A stretch of 64,000 nt of DNA, taken from Candidatus Helarchaeota archaeon. Lineage in GTDB: Archaea > Asgardarchaeota > Lokiarchaeia > Helarchaeales > RDOG01. Position numbers and translations under genes: made by a program. The stretch is from assembly GCA_019058315.1 (NCBI GenBank), contig JAHPZH010000006.1, positions 192,001 to 256,000 on the forward strand, in the 5' to 3' direction. The notes beneath the pieces were generated by a model, which did no database searches, was not told where the DNA came from, and saw nothing but the letters and a program-made list of their open reading frames with translations. Shown here piece after piece: positions 10,450-20,418 of this stretch. The number at the start of each line of letters is the position of its first letter. Position 1 is the first letter of the stretch.

Positions 10450-10765
10450 TAGATCAATGTTCAAAGTGTTTATATACTTTATGAACAAGTTTTTAAATTT
10501 TCAATTTTGTCAATAAACATACTAATTGAAATCAAACTTTTTTAATTAAAAATAATAATTAATCAAAAATTAGATCAATGTTCAATTTATTTATATTCAA
10601 TTTGAACAAGTTTTTAATTAAAGTTTTAATCAATGAACAGTTTAAATAAAATCAAATTTACTTAAGTAAAACTTCTACTTCTTCAATAAATTAATCAATG
10701 TTCAACTTATATATAAATAATTTGAACATGTATTTAAACAATATATTTTGTCATTAAACAGATTA
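10450..10765. repeat. Three ~120-bp tandem units, each TGTTCA-N18-TGAACA around a TATA-like core
   Basis: TGTTCA at 10458, 10579, 10699; TGAACA at 10482, 10603, 10723; third T(G/A)AACA at 10514, 10634, 10755. Confidence 0.85.
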
Positions 10766-11012
10766 GTTAAAAGAATAGATTTATAAAGTGTTTTTAATAG
10801 TGTACCTCACCCAAGATTACGAAGAACGAAAAATGACTTATATGATGCATAGTTTTCAGATTAATTACAAATCTATTGGACAAAAAATCTTGACAACTAG
10901 GAATTACAATAAGACAAAAAAATTAGAGATTTATTTAAAATTGAGTTATTTTTTAAGGTCAGTTCAATTCAATTTTAAAAAATGGTAAAATAATAACAAT
11001 GGAGTTAAAAAT

Positions 11013-11210
11013 ATGAGAGAAAAATACAAAATAATAATATTAGTGTCAATATCAATAGCCCTAGGACTACTTACAGGTATTTACTTTGGAATGTTAACAG
11101 CAACTGCATTGAATGTTACTGGTCTTGGTCTAATTAGACAAGAAAAGAATAAAAAAATCCATATTAAAAAGGTGAAAAAGAATTATATCGAAGGAAGAAG
11201 TGGATATTAA
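11013..11210 (+). CDS. Small membrane protein
   Basis: GGAG upstream, hydrophobic N-terminal helix; overlaps the next gene start. Confidence 0.4.
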   Translation: MREKYKIIILVSISIALGLLTGIYFGMLTATALNVTGLGLIRQEKNKKIHIKKVKKNYIEGRSGY

Positions 11211-12387
11211 GCAAAAAATCGCCAGAGCAAAACGACTTAGAAAACCAAAAAACCGTTTAACAGTTTATGCTATGATATTCTTAACTTGTTTTTCAGTCGG
11301 CATATTAATAGGAATGGTGTTTCAAACTGATAAAAGACCTTATCCTGTTGTAACACTTTCTATGGCCTATGGTTCGGAGAAAAAAAAATGGATAAATGAA
11401 ATTACGCAAGATTTCCAAGTTTATGCATTTACTGAATCCCTTAAGAGATATGGTATTCCACTATGGGTTCTTTGTGATTTTAAACCTATGGGATCTCGCA
11501 AAATGGTTCTTTCTACTTTAACAGGAGAAATTCAACCCACAATACTCAGTCCAGCATCCAGTATTTGGATTGACTATATGAATTATAAAGCAATGGCCAT
11601 AGGTGGACATCCACTTATAAATAAAGATGATCCAGAATGGACTAAAAAAGTAATTTATTCCCCAGTAGTTATAGGAACATGGAAAGTCTTTAATGAAACT
11701 TGGGATATTGATGGATTTGACTCTCTTATGAAGATCCCTGGTAGGTTTGCTCATACTGATCCTCAACTATCTAACAGTGGGGCAATGTCACTTCTAATGA
11801 TGGTAGCAACATTCCTTGAAAAAGATGTGTCAGAAATAGAATATGCGGATTTATTTAATCCTGAGGTCTTTCTTAAAATGTCGCTTATTGAAAAAAAATG
11901 TACCTATTACGGAGAGAGTACAGGATTTTTAGGAAAAAAAGCTTTAGATGGAACTCTTGACGTTTTTATGGTATACGAGAGCGTAATAATTGATAATAAT
12001 AAAAAACTTCAAGGAGGAACCATTCCAGCACTACAAACTGGTGGTATGGTAGCGGTATATCCTGAAAATGGTACTTTGTATTCAGACCATCCATTTTGTA
12101 TAATGGCAGGAGATTGGGTTACTCCAATGCAGTTATATGCTGCTAAATTATTTTTGGATTTTATAGATGAACCTAGTACGATTGAAGTAGCTTTTAGTAA
12201 AGGAGGCTTCAGACCAATCAATGCATCCATACTGAATAATCCTGATATAAATGCTTCCTATGTTAAAACTTTTAAAGAATCTAATGGCGTACAATATAAA
12301 CTTACAGTTCCTGAATTCCAGGGAGATGTAAATCCATTTATTTTAAACCAAATACCTGAATTATGGACTATGATGCGTTCAAAATAA
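11200..12387 (+). CDS. ABC transporter substrate-binding protein (type seen fused to vWA domains)
   Basis: N-terminal TM anchor; YGSEKK, PASSIW, SPVVI, HTDPQLSNSG, YGESTGFL, YPENGTLYSDHPF. Confidence 0.8.
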   Translation: MDIKQKIARAKRLRKPKNRLTVYAMIFLTCFSVGILIGMVFQTDKRPYPVVTLSMAYGSEKKKWINEITQDFQVYAFTESLKRYGIPLWVLCDFKPMGSRKMVLSTLTGEIQPTILSPASSIWIDYMNYKAMAIGGHPLINKDDPEWTKKVIYSPVVIGTWKVFNETWDIDGFDSLMKIPGRFAHTDPQLSNSGAMSLLMMVATFLEKDVSEIEYADLFNPEVFLKMSLIEKKCTYYGESTGFLGKKALDGTLDVFMVYESVIIDNNKKLQGGTIPALQTGGMVAVYPENGTLYSDHPFCIMAGDWVTPMQLYAAKLFLDFIDEPSTIEVAFSKGGFRPINASILNNPDINASYVKTFKESNGVQYKLTVPEFQGDVNPFILNQIPELWTMMRSK

Positions 12388-12408
12388 TAAAAAAAGAGGT
12401 TAATTTTA

Positions 12409-14211
12409 ATGCAAAAAACAGAAAAAACAGAAATAGAATTTGAATCTTTTCAAAGAGAAAAATTAGACAGAATAGGTAGATTTGAAAGAAATATATCCTC
12501 AGAAAAAGTAAGAAAACTATCAGACGGGATATTTTTGGCAATATTTTTTGCATTCTTTATAATTCCAATATTTTATATTTTTATTTGGTCGTTATTTAAT
12601 TGGAATGCAATCAACTTTGCCATCTTTAACAACCCCATATCTGGAGCAACTCGTGCGAGTGACATAGGAATCTCTTTACTAAGGTCTCTTTTTGTTGCAT
12701 CAGTTGTAGTACTGGCAGACATAATTATTGGAATTCCTATGGCAATAATATTAGCAAGATATGAATTTCGTGGAAAACGGTTATTGGACACCCTAGTAGA
12801 TTTACCCTTAGCTATTCCAACAGCTGCGCTTGGATTTTCGATATATCTTTTTTGGGGAGCACCCCAGGGAATTGCACCATTACTTGGTATCTATCAAAAT
12901 CCAATTCAAGTATTATCAGGAACAGCTAGTGGCGGAGGACTTATAGAACCAGGATTGTGGTTAATAATACTTGCCCATATACCATTTACATTTCCATATA
13001 TCACAAGAAATTTAAAAGTGGTAATCGGTAATATTGATAAGGACTTCGAAGATGCAGCTAGGAGTTTGGGTGCCCAAAAATACACTGTATTCCGAACAAT
13101 CACCGGTCCTTTAATGAAGGAAGGTTTGATTGCAGGTGCGATTTTAGCATTTACTAGGAGCATAGGTGAAACAGGAGCAACATTATTGGTTTACGGAGTT
13201 GAAGCAACAGCACCGATTCAAGTTGTAACTCTGACTAGATTAGGACAATATCAAGCTGCTGGATTTCTATCTATGATACTAGTTTCTATCTCCATCGGGA
13301 TGTTATTCTTAGTAAAAACAGTTTCTAGAAGAGTCGGTCTACCAGTTCAAAGGATATGGTACGGCTTTGAAAAAATTGTATCTAAGAAACCAGTAAGAGT
13401 TACAAGGGACACTATGACTATGATATTATTCATTGGTGTAATAACTATTCCATCATTTTATGTATTAGTGTACTTGTTTACAAATTTCGTTGGAGTCGAG
13501 GGTGCATTTTACAGTGTTTTCTATGGAGCAGATAATAAATGGGCTGAAATATGGGTTCAACTAATAAATTCACTTTCAATTGCAGGAATTGCAACGCTTG
13601 TAAATATATTAATTGGTATACCTCTAGCTTTCATGATTGTTAGAAGAAAATGGGGAAAATTCAACATGATATTAGATACTGCGGTGGATCTTCCGCTAAC
13701 TGTTCCATCTGCAGCTTTAGGATTTGCAATATTTCTCTTTTGGGGAACATTAGGACCATTTGCACCAACTGGAATATTTACACCGGGTTATATGCTGATA
13801 CTCATTGTACATGTTGTTTTTACTTTACCGTTCATGGTTCGCGTTCTAGTTGCCGTACTTATGAATATGTCACCAGGTTTCGAAGAAGCATCTTCAACAA
13901 TGGGGGCGAGTAGATTTACAACATTTCGTAAAATAACTTTACCAATGTTAAAAACTGCTATTTTAGCGGGTGCAATCATGGTATTTATGAGATCATTAGG
14001 CGAAACTGGAGCCACAGTAGTTGTTATGGGATTAATCAGAACAGTGCCTGTTGGTATAATTGATTATGCAGAATCTATAGAATTTGAAGCTGCAGCATTT
14101 TCAAGTTTTGTCATAATTCTCATATCGTTTGTTTTGATATTTGTTTTAAGATATCTCTCAGGGGAAGAGAGAGAAGAACCATTAATAAAAAGAGGTCTAA
14201 CATATGCCTAA
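12409..14211 (+). CDS. ABC transporter permease, two fused TMDs (CysTW/FbpB/ModB-like)
   Basis: Two EAA loops (FEDAARSLGA, FEEASSTMGA), duplicated DLPL..P and RS.GETGAT. Confidence 0.9.
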   Translation: MQKTEKTEIEFESFQREKLDRIGRFERNISSEKVRKLSDGIFLAIFFAFFIIPIFYIFIWSLFNWNAINFAIFNNPISGATRASDIGISLLRSLFVASVVVLADIIIGIPMAIILARYEFRGKRLLDTLVDLPLAIPTAALGFSIYLFWGAPQGIAPLLGIYQNPIQVLSGTASGGGLIEPGLWLIILAHIPFTFPYITRNLKVVIGNIDKDFEDAARSLGAQKYTVFRTITGPLMKEGLIAGAILAFTRSIGETGATLLVYGVEATAPIQVVTLTRLGQYQAAGFLSMILVSISIGMLFLVKTVSRRVGLPVQRIWYGFEKIVSKKPVRVTRDTMTMILFIGVITIPSFYVLVYLFTNFVGVEGAFYSVFYGADNKWAEIWVQLINSLSIAGIATLVNILIGIPLAFMIVRRKWGKFNMILDTAVDLPLTVPSAALGFAIFLFWGTLGPFAPTGIFTPGYMLILIVHVVFTLPFMVRVLVAVLMNMSPGFEEASSTMGASRFTTFRKITLPMLKTAILAGAIMVFMRSLGETGATVVVMGLIRTVPVGIIDYAESIEFEAAAFSSFVIILISFVLIFVLRYLSGEEREEPLIKRGLTYA

Positions 14212-15313
14212 TTTGAAAGTACAGAATCTAAATAAAGTATTTGAGAAAGCTAAAGTCTGTGCGGCTAAAGAAATTAACTTGACAGTGAATGAAGGAGAAT
14301 ATTTGACTTTACTTGGACCTAGTGGATGCGGAAAAACAGTCTTTGTGAGAATGATCGCAGGTTTGGAATCGATAGATTCTGGTAAAATTTACATTGATGA
14401 TAAACCAATAAATGAAATACCAACAGAGGACAGAGATATTGGAATGGTTTTCCAATCATACGAAATTTTTCCTTTTATGGATGTATGGGACAATGTTGCG
14501 TATCCAGGTATTGTAAGAAGATGGCCCAAAGAAAAAATAGAAACAGAAACAGTAAAAGCTTTAGAAGTAGTAGGTTTACTCGATCGTGCTGGTGAATTTC
14601 CAGATCAATTATCGGTTCCTGATCTACAACGTATTGCTATTGCAAGAACTCTTGTGACTGGTTCAAAACTTCTATTATTAGATGAACCACTTAGTTCCTT
14701 GGATCAACGCTATTCTGAGGAATTTCGTCACGAACTAAGAAGATTAGTGAAAGATTTAGGTTTAACAGCAGTTCATATCACCCACAACCAAGATGAGGCA
14801 ATGATGATTTCGGATCGTATAGTAATAATGCGAAAAGGAGAATTTCTTCAAGCAGGAACTCCCGCAGAAATATACGAACACCCGAACAGTATTTTTGTAG
14901 CTAATTTTATTGGCGAATCAAATTTTTTGGATGGTAATATAACTGAAATCAAAGATGAAGGATCTATTATTACATTGAGACATGATGGACCCAAGATAAT
15001 TTCGTCAAATAAAGAATTCAAACGAGATACTAGAATAGTAGCGAGTATTAGAAAAGAATTAGTAAAAATTTACCCCGCAGACTCGGATAAACAATATACA
15101 ATAGAAGCTAAAGTAAAAAATATAATTTTTCTTGGATCATTTTTGCGAGTATTTTGTGAACTTTCTAATGAAGACATTGTTGAAGCAAAAATTACCTTTC
15201 CACCAAAATTTGAGTTAAATAAGGGTGATAAGGTTCACGTAAAAATGCATCCTGACAATATATTATTGTTTGAATATCCAGATGATCTGGCTTATGAATT
15301 AGCATTAGATTAA
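14204..15313 (+). CDS. ABC transporter ATP-binding protein (PotA/FbpC-like), degenerate signature
   Basis: GPSGCGKT, LLLLDEP, ITHNQ; signature LSVPD. Confidence 0.9.
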   Translation: MPNLKVQNLNKVFEKAKVCAAKEINLTVNEGEYLTLLGPSGCGKTVFVRMIAGLESIDSGKIYIDDKPINEIPTEDRDIGMVFQSYEIFPFMDVWDNVAYPGIVRRWPKEKIETETVKALEVVGLLDRAGEFPDQLSVPDLQRIAIARTLVTGSKLLLLDEPLSSLDQRYSEEFRHELRRLVKDLGLTAVHITHNQDEAMMISDRIVIMRKGEFLQAGTPAEIYEHPNSIFVANFIGESNFLDGNITEIKDEGSIITLRHDGPKIISSNKEFKRDTRIVASIRKELVKIYPADSDKQYTIEAKVKNIIFLGSFLRVFCELSNEDIVEAKITFPPKFELNKGDKVHVKMHPDNILLFEYPDDLAYELALD

Positions 15314-15325
15314 GGAGTGTAAATA

Positions 15326-16429
15326 ATGTCAGAAGTAATATTAAAAAATGTAATAAAAAAATATAATGGAAAAGCTGGTATATCCATTAGTTTTGAGGTT
15401 AAACCTGGAGAATACTTTACTATCTGTGGACCAACAGGTTCTGGAAAGAGTACACTTATGCGAATGATTGCAGGATTGGAAAAAGTTGACGATGGGCAAA
15501 TATTCATAGGTAAAAAAATGGTTAATAAGGTTGCAGCTGAAGATCGGAAAATAGGGATGGTATTTGAGCACCCAACATATGCAATTTTTCCACATTACAA
15601 TCTACTTGAAAATGTCATTTACGGACCACGAGTGAAAGGTGGTAAAATTACTGAAATTCAAAAAACAGGAAAGGAAATGCTTGAAATGATGCTTCTCGAT
15701 GACAGAGCAGACTTTTATTGGGACGAATCTAGTGGCGGAATGCTACAGCGAATATCTTTAGCTAGAGCGTTGATGACAAGTGATAAATTAATTTTATTAG
15801 ATGAACCACTTTCAGCTTTGGATGCAAAAATTAGAATGGCTTTGCGATATGAACTTATGAGCATCATTAAAGAAGTAGGTGTAACATGTATCCATGCAAC
15901 TCAAGATACGGAAGAAGCATTAATGGTATCAGATAGAATTTTAGTTTTAAATAAAGGAGTAGTCGAACAGATTGGAACTCCTTTAGAAATATATCAACAC
16001 CCCGCAAATCTTTTTGTCGCAAGGTTCATGTGTGGATGTAATGTTATTGAAGGGAAGATAATAAAGAAAAACAATACATTTTCTGAAATTCAATTAGCAA
16101 AAAATATAACAATAAAAGCATCTGATACTTCATTTTCTGAAAATGATAAAGTAGCTATCGCAATTAGAGCTGAACATATAGATGTTGAAGGTGGAAAAGT
16201 GAACGGAGATAATAGTATAAAAGGAGTTATACAATCATCCAGGTTTACAGCAGGAAATAATATTGATGAAATTCTCTTAGAAACTGGTGACGTATTTTTT
16301 TCAAAAAAACACGCGACTCATATATGGTTTTCCAGAGGCGATGATGTCACGATTTCATTTAAGCCAGAAAATATAATCTTATTTCCATATCCTGTAGAAG
16401 GATTAGAAAAAGCATTGGAGCTGAATTAA
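15326..16429 (+). CDS. ABC transporter ATP-binding protein (PotA/FbpC-like), H-loop His to Gln
   Basis: GPTGSGKST, SSGGM, LILLDEP, ATQD. Confidence 0.9.
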   Translation: MSEVILKNVIKKYNGKAGISISFEVKPGEYFTICGPTGSGKSTLMRMIAGLEKVDDGQIFIGKKMVNKVAAEDRKIGMVFEHPTYAIFPHYNLLENVIYGPRVKGGKITEIQKTGKEMLEMMLLDDRADFYWDESSGGMLQRISLARALMTSDKLILLDEPLSALDAKIRMALRYELMSIIKEVGVTCIHATQDTEEALMVSDRILVLNKGVVEQIGTPLEIYQHPANLFVARFMCGCNVIEGKIIKKNNTFSEIQLAKNITIKASDTSFSENDKVAIAIRAEHIDVEGGKVNGDNSIKGVIQSSRFTAGNNIDEILLETGDVFFSKKHATHIWFSRGDDVTISFKPENIILFPYPVEGLEKALELN

Positions 16430-16442
16430 AAATTAAAAGAGA

Positions 16443-17012
16443 GTGAATTTGATGAAAAGTAAAAATGCATTTGGATTAGCAATTTTATATACAGCACTTG
16501 TAAGTTTCATGATATACATCCAATTAATTAACAGTCCAGTTTTTAATCTTCTTTTTTGGATTGGAATAGCTGTTTACATGGCATCAGGAGCTTTTTTCAT
16601 TGGAAGTAGTTATATTGACAATAAAAAATATATGACAATGGGCTTAATAGTCGGAATTGCATCATGGACTCTATTATTAATCGGTGCAAGCTGGGGTGTT
16701 TCAATAAACCACGATATTATAGAAAGGTGGAAATTATGGGACGCCTTATCAAGTTATATCGATGGAATGGATGAATATCTTGCCTTTTTCATAGATAATC
16801 TTGATGAAATAATTAAAAACGCCGATCTACAAGCATTTTTTTCAGCCGAAATCATAGTACAGCAATGGTTTGTCGGACCATTTGTATATTATGTCATTGT
16901 ATCAATAACAACTGTTATATCAATAATAATTGGAGTATCCATTGGATTTATTTCCTTCAAAGATGAGCAAAAAGTTAAGGAAATATCAAGTAGTTATTCA
17001 AAAGGTCTTTAA
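16443..17012 (+). CDS. Hypothetical membrane protein
   Basis: About 4 hydrophobic segments; follows the ABC operon. Confidence 0.6.
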   Translation: MNLMKSKNAFGLAILYTALVSFMIYIQLINSPVFNLLFWIGIAVYMASGAFFIGSSYIDNKKYMTMGLIVGIASWTLLLIGASWGVSINHDIIERWKLWDALSSYIDGMDEYLAFFIDNLDEIIKNADLQAFFSAEIIVQQWFVGPFVYYVIVSITTVISIIIGVSIGFISFKDEQKVKEISSSYSKGL

Positions 17013-17102
17013 ATTAATAATTTTTTTTATTTCTAATTATTGTTTTTAGAATTAGTGAGATAATTATAAAATTTTAAAAAAATTGAAGGAGGTGATAAAT
17101 TT

Positions 17103-17816
17103 ATGAAGAAAACTTGGCTAATTTGTGATTTTCATATTCACACAGATATAAGTGACGGAAAAATACCAATTAATGAAGTGATAAAACTCTATGGAGAACA
17201 CCATTTCGATGTTATCAGTATTACAGATCATATTGTTGATAGTAAATGTCTAGAGAAACGAGAAAAGAATAATGAACCTTTATATTCATTACAAAAAGAA
17301 AATTTCCAAGATTATTTAAGATTACTATGGAAAAAATCAGTTGAAGCATGGGAAAAATATAATATGTTAATTATCCCAGGAGCAGAAATTACAAATAATA
17401 CTAATGAATATCATATACTTGCAATAGATATTAAAGAATATATTGAACCTGATTTATCTGTAAAGGAGATAATACAAGAAATTCATAAACAAGGTGGTAT
17501 TGCAATTGCTTGCCATCCACATTATAAATCAAATGATGGTCCACAGCCATTTTTACATCTATGGAATAACCATGATAAATATGCGAATTTGTTTGATGCT
17601 TGGGAAGTAGCTAATCGTAATGAGCTATTTAATGTAATAGGTCTCCAAAAATTCAATTATATTGCTAATTCAGATTTTCATGAAGCTAAACATCTTTATT
17701 CTTGGAAGACTTTTATAGGTGCTGTGAAAAATAGAGAAGCTATAAAAACAGCTATTCATAAAAATGATAGTGTAGCTATCTTTTTATATAGGAAAAATAA
17801 CAAGATAAAAATTTAA
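17103..17816 (+). CDS. PHP domain metallo-phosphoesterase
   Basis: DFHIHTDISDG, ITDH, CHPH, NSDFH; GGAGGTG RBS. Confidence 0.88.
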   Translation: MKKTWLICDFHIHTDISDGKIPINEVIKLYGEHHFDVISITDHIVDSKCLEKREKNNEPLYSLQKENFQDYLRLLWKKSVEAWEKYNMLIIPGAEITNNTNEYHILAIDIKEYIEPDLSVKEIIQEIHKQGGIAIACHPHYKSNDGPQPFLHLWNNHDKYANLFDAWEVANRNELFNVIGLQKFNYIANSDFHEAKHLYSWKTFIGAVKNREAIKTAIHKNDSVAIFLYRKNNKIKI

Positions 17817-18137
17817 AAAAAATTGAGCAAATATGAAACTAATAAATATTTTTGAATCGCTTTTTTGGAAAAAAATTATAATTATTTATTTGAAATCCAA
17901 TATTATGTTTCTTTTCTTAATAGATTGAATAAACTAAAAATAAATCTTAATTAGTCAACTAATTAAAAGTAATATTATTGAATTGAACAAAATATTAAAT
18001 TTCAAAAAAAAATTGAACAAAAATATAATTATATAGGAAAAAAATTAATTTTTTTTAATAACTTTATAAAGGAAGTTACAAAATGTTATTAAATACAGAA
18101 TCTAATCTTTATACGTTCAATTGTTGAAGGTTTACAA

Positions 18138-18599
18138 TTGGAAAAAGAATACGAAATTGATGAATTAGACCGACAAATCATAAGAATATTATCAAATGAC
18201 TCAAAAACTAATTATCGAGAGATATCTAAAACGTTGGGAACAAGTTTAGGAACTGTTCATAACAGAATTAATAACTTAAAAGAAAACAATATAATTAAAA
18301 AATTTAGTGTTGATGTTGATACATTTAAACTGGGATATAAGATAACTGCTATTATTCTTATGCAAATAGAAGGTAAACATATTCAACAAATAGAAGAAAA
18401 GTTATCCAAGGAACCTAATATCTATAATATTTATGATACAACAGGGGAATGGGATTGTATCATTACCGTTAAATTCAAAAAAATGGAAGATCTAAATGAA
18501 TTCCTAAAAAAAATTAATAAGATGGATCATATTAAACGAACTATTACATCTATTTGTTTAAATGTTATCAAAGAGAATTCATTTCTTCCAACAAAATAA
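18138..18599 (+). CDS. Lrp/AsnC family transcriptional regulator
   Basis: IDELDRQII, HTH GTVHNRINNL, LGY, YDTTGEWD. Confidence 0.9.
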   Translation: MEKEYEIDELDRQIIRILSNDSKTNYREISKTLGTSLGTVHNRINNLKENNIIKKFSVDVDTFKLGYKITAIILMQIEGKHIQQIEEKLSKEPNIYNIYDTTGEWDCIITVKFKKMEDLNEFLKKINKMDHIKRTITSICLNVIKENSFLPTK

Positions 18600-18650
18600 A
18601 TAAGATTTATTATTGAGTAGTTTTAAGAATTTTTTTTAGGTAAAAATTAA

Positions 18651-19460
18651 ATGAAAATTAAAAGTTTTGAAGGTTTAGCAACAATTAAATTAATTTTAGC
18701 TATTAGTTCTCTTTCTATATCATTATTTCATATTATTATACCAGTCAATATTGATCCTTTAATGAGTTTATTTTATTGGGTTGGTGGTGGTGTGTATATT
18801 ATAACTGATTTATTATTTTTAATTACTATTAAAGATGATAATTTAGATGGAATGAATGTTTCATTCATTTTTGATTTAATTATCTGGACAATACTAATGT
18901 GGGGTATCATTCGTCATATAATGGATGCAAGTGTGGGTGAAATGGACTATTATAGCGAATTTCTAACACCTGAGGGAAGTTATAGTATAATACAAGGATT
19001 TTATTTGGCTCAACTTATTTTAATTATTATTTCTTTTTGTTTAGGATTTGGTATTTCAATAGTAAAAAATTTAAGAGAAATTGGAATATCGAGAAAAATA
19101 AAAAGATTTTGTCCTAATTGCCACCAAAAAATCTTTGGGGAAAGTAATTTTTGTAAAAAATGTGGATTAAATTTCGAGATTTATGAAGTTATAGTATACG
19201 ATGGTAAATATGATTTAATAGAATGCCCAAAATGTAATGAATTAATTGAATATATAGAAGATTTTTGTCCTAATTGTGAGGTAGCATTAGACCTTTGTGT
19301 ATTTTGTAAGAAATTTATAAAAGATGAAGATGAAACGATTAAATGTCCAAAATGTAATTCAAATTTTCATAAAAATGAATTAATTAAATGGGTTAGAGAA
19401 AAAAAAGCATGCCCTTTTTGTTATAAAGATATTAGTCTAGATTTACAAGAAAAACTATAA
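18651..19460 (+). CDS. Membrane protein with zinc ribbons and C-terminal RING-like finger
   Basis: 4 TM segments, four CxxC motifs, then CVFC..CPKC..FH..W..CPFC. Confidence 0.7.
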   Translation: MKIKSFEGLATIKLILAISSLSISLFHIIIPVNIDPLMSLFYWVGGGVYIITDLLFLITIKDDNLDGMNVSFIFDLIIWTILMWGIIRHIMDASVGEMDYYSEFLTPEGSYSIIQGFYLAQLILIIISFCLGFGISIVKNLREIGISRKIKRFCPNCHQKIFGESNFCKKCGLNFEIYEVIVYDGKYDLIECPKCNELIEYIEDFCPNCEVALDLCVFCKKFIKDEDETIKCPKCNSNFHKNELIKWVREKKACPFCYKDISLDLQEKL

Positions 19461-19511
19461 AATAATAAGAATTATTTAAAATATTTGAAATCCTTTGAAT
19501 TTTTTTTATTT

Positions 19512-19590
19512 GGTGGGTAAAGCCCCATATCAAACTGGAAGTGAATTTTTAATTAATATGATAAAAATAATTGGAGCTTTACCTTTCACC
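19512..19590 (-). other. Long stem-loop in the 3' region of the glutamate synthase operon
   Basis: Minus strand GGUG-AAA-GGUAAAGCUCCA pairs with UGGGGCUUUACC-CACC; inner UAUCA/UGAUA. Confidence 0.55.
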
Positions 19591-19605
19591 TAAAAATAAC
19601 ACCTT

Positions 19606-20418
19606 TTAAATTGGTTTTGCAGTATAATAAGCTGCATATGGACGATGAGATCCTGGAATTATTTTATAAAATGATTTCTCCCAGATAAATTCTTGATTTA
19701 TATTAAAAATTTCACAATATTCTTTTATAATCGGTTGCAAAATTTGGTGATCTTCTTCTGAAAGTGTGTTTTTGACGGTTCCGATTCCTAAATAATTTTC
19801 TGGAACTTCTCCTCTTATATATATCTTTCCACCATGAATACCACTTGCTAAATTAGGTGATATAAAATTTTCAAAATTTGAGATTTTTGAATTCTCATAT
19901 TTGAGACCTAAAGCTATTAAAATCCCACCTGCCATGTATTCTCCAAAAAATTCCTTTGCTTTTCCACCAATTACTATTATTGGTATTTGATCCTGGTATT
20001 CCTTCATATGTATTCCAATACGATATCCTGCATTTCCTTTTACGAATATTTTCCCCCCTCTCATTGATAAACCTGCTACATCACGGCAATCTCCTTCCAC
20101 GATAATTGTTCCACTATTCATTGTGTTTCCTATTTGGTCTTCCGCATTACCTTTAACTATAATTTTTGGTCCATCCATAAATATTCCTAAATCATTACCA
20201 GGGACTCCATGAATCTCTAATTCTATTGGATCTTTTTCAGAACATTCTAAACCTGCACCAATGAAGCGTTGACCACAAACATCTAATAATTTAATCAATT
20301 TGTGACCATTATTAACTGATTCTTTAATCAAAGAGTTTAACTTCTTGTAAGATAATGGAGTTTTGTCTTTTCTAGCATTAATTGTATGCCAATCTGAAAT
20401 TTTTTTAGTCTCCAGCAT
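19606..20418 (-). CDS. Glutamate synthase, stand-alone GXGXG (domain 3) subunit
   Basis: GQRFIGAG, GVPGNDLG, repeated GxAG, GEYMAGG. Confidence 0.9.
   Translation of the reverse strand: MLETKKISDWHTINARKDKTPLSYKKLNSLIKESVNNGHKLIKLLDVCGQRFIGAGLECSEKDPIELEIHGVPGNDLGIFMDGPKIIVKGNAEDQIGNTMNSGTIIVEGDCRDVAGLSMRGGKIFVKGNAGYRIGIHMKEYQDQIPIIVIGGKAKEFFGEYMAGGILIALGLKYENSKISNFENFISPNLASGIHGGKIYIRGEVPENYLGIGTVKNTLSEEDHQILQPIIKEYCEIFNINQEFIWEKSFYKIIPGSHRPYAAYYTAKPI

Noticed and set aside
10450-10765. CRISPR array
   Set aside because: Units are ~120 bp, degenerate, similar along their length and lack unique spacers; no cas genes in the window
10788-10988. 66-aa ORF
   Set aside because: No motif or RBS; AT-rich promoter region, probably spurious
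19512-19590. SECIS element or second BHB
   Set aside because: No in-frame UGA in the glt genes, no clear GA/GA quartet, and only one 3-nt bulge
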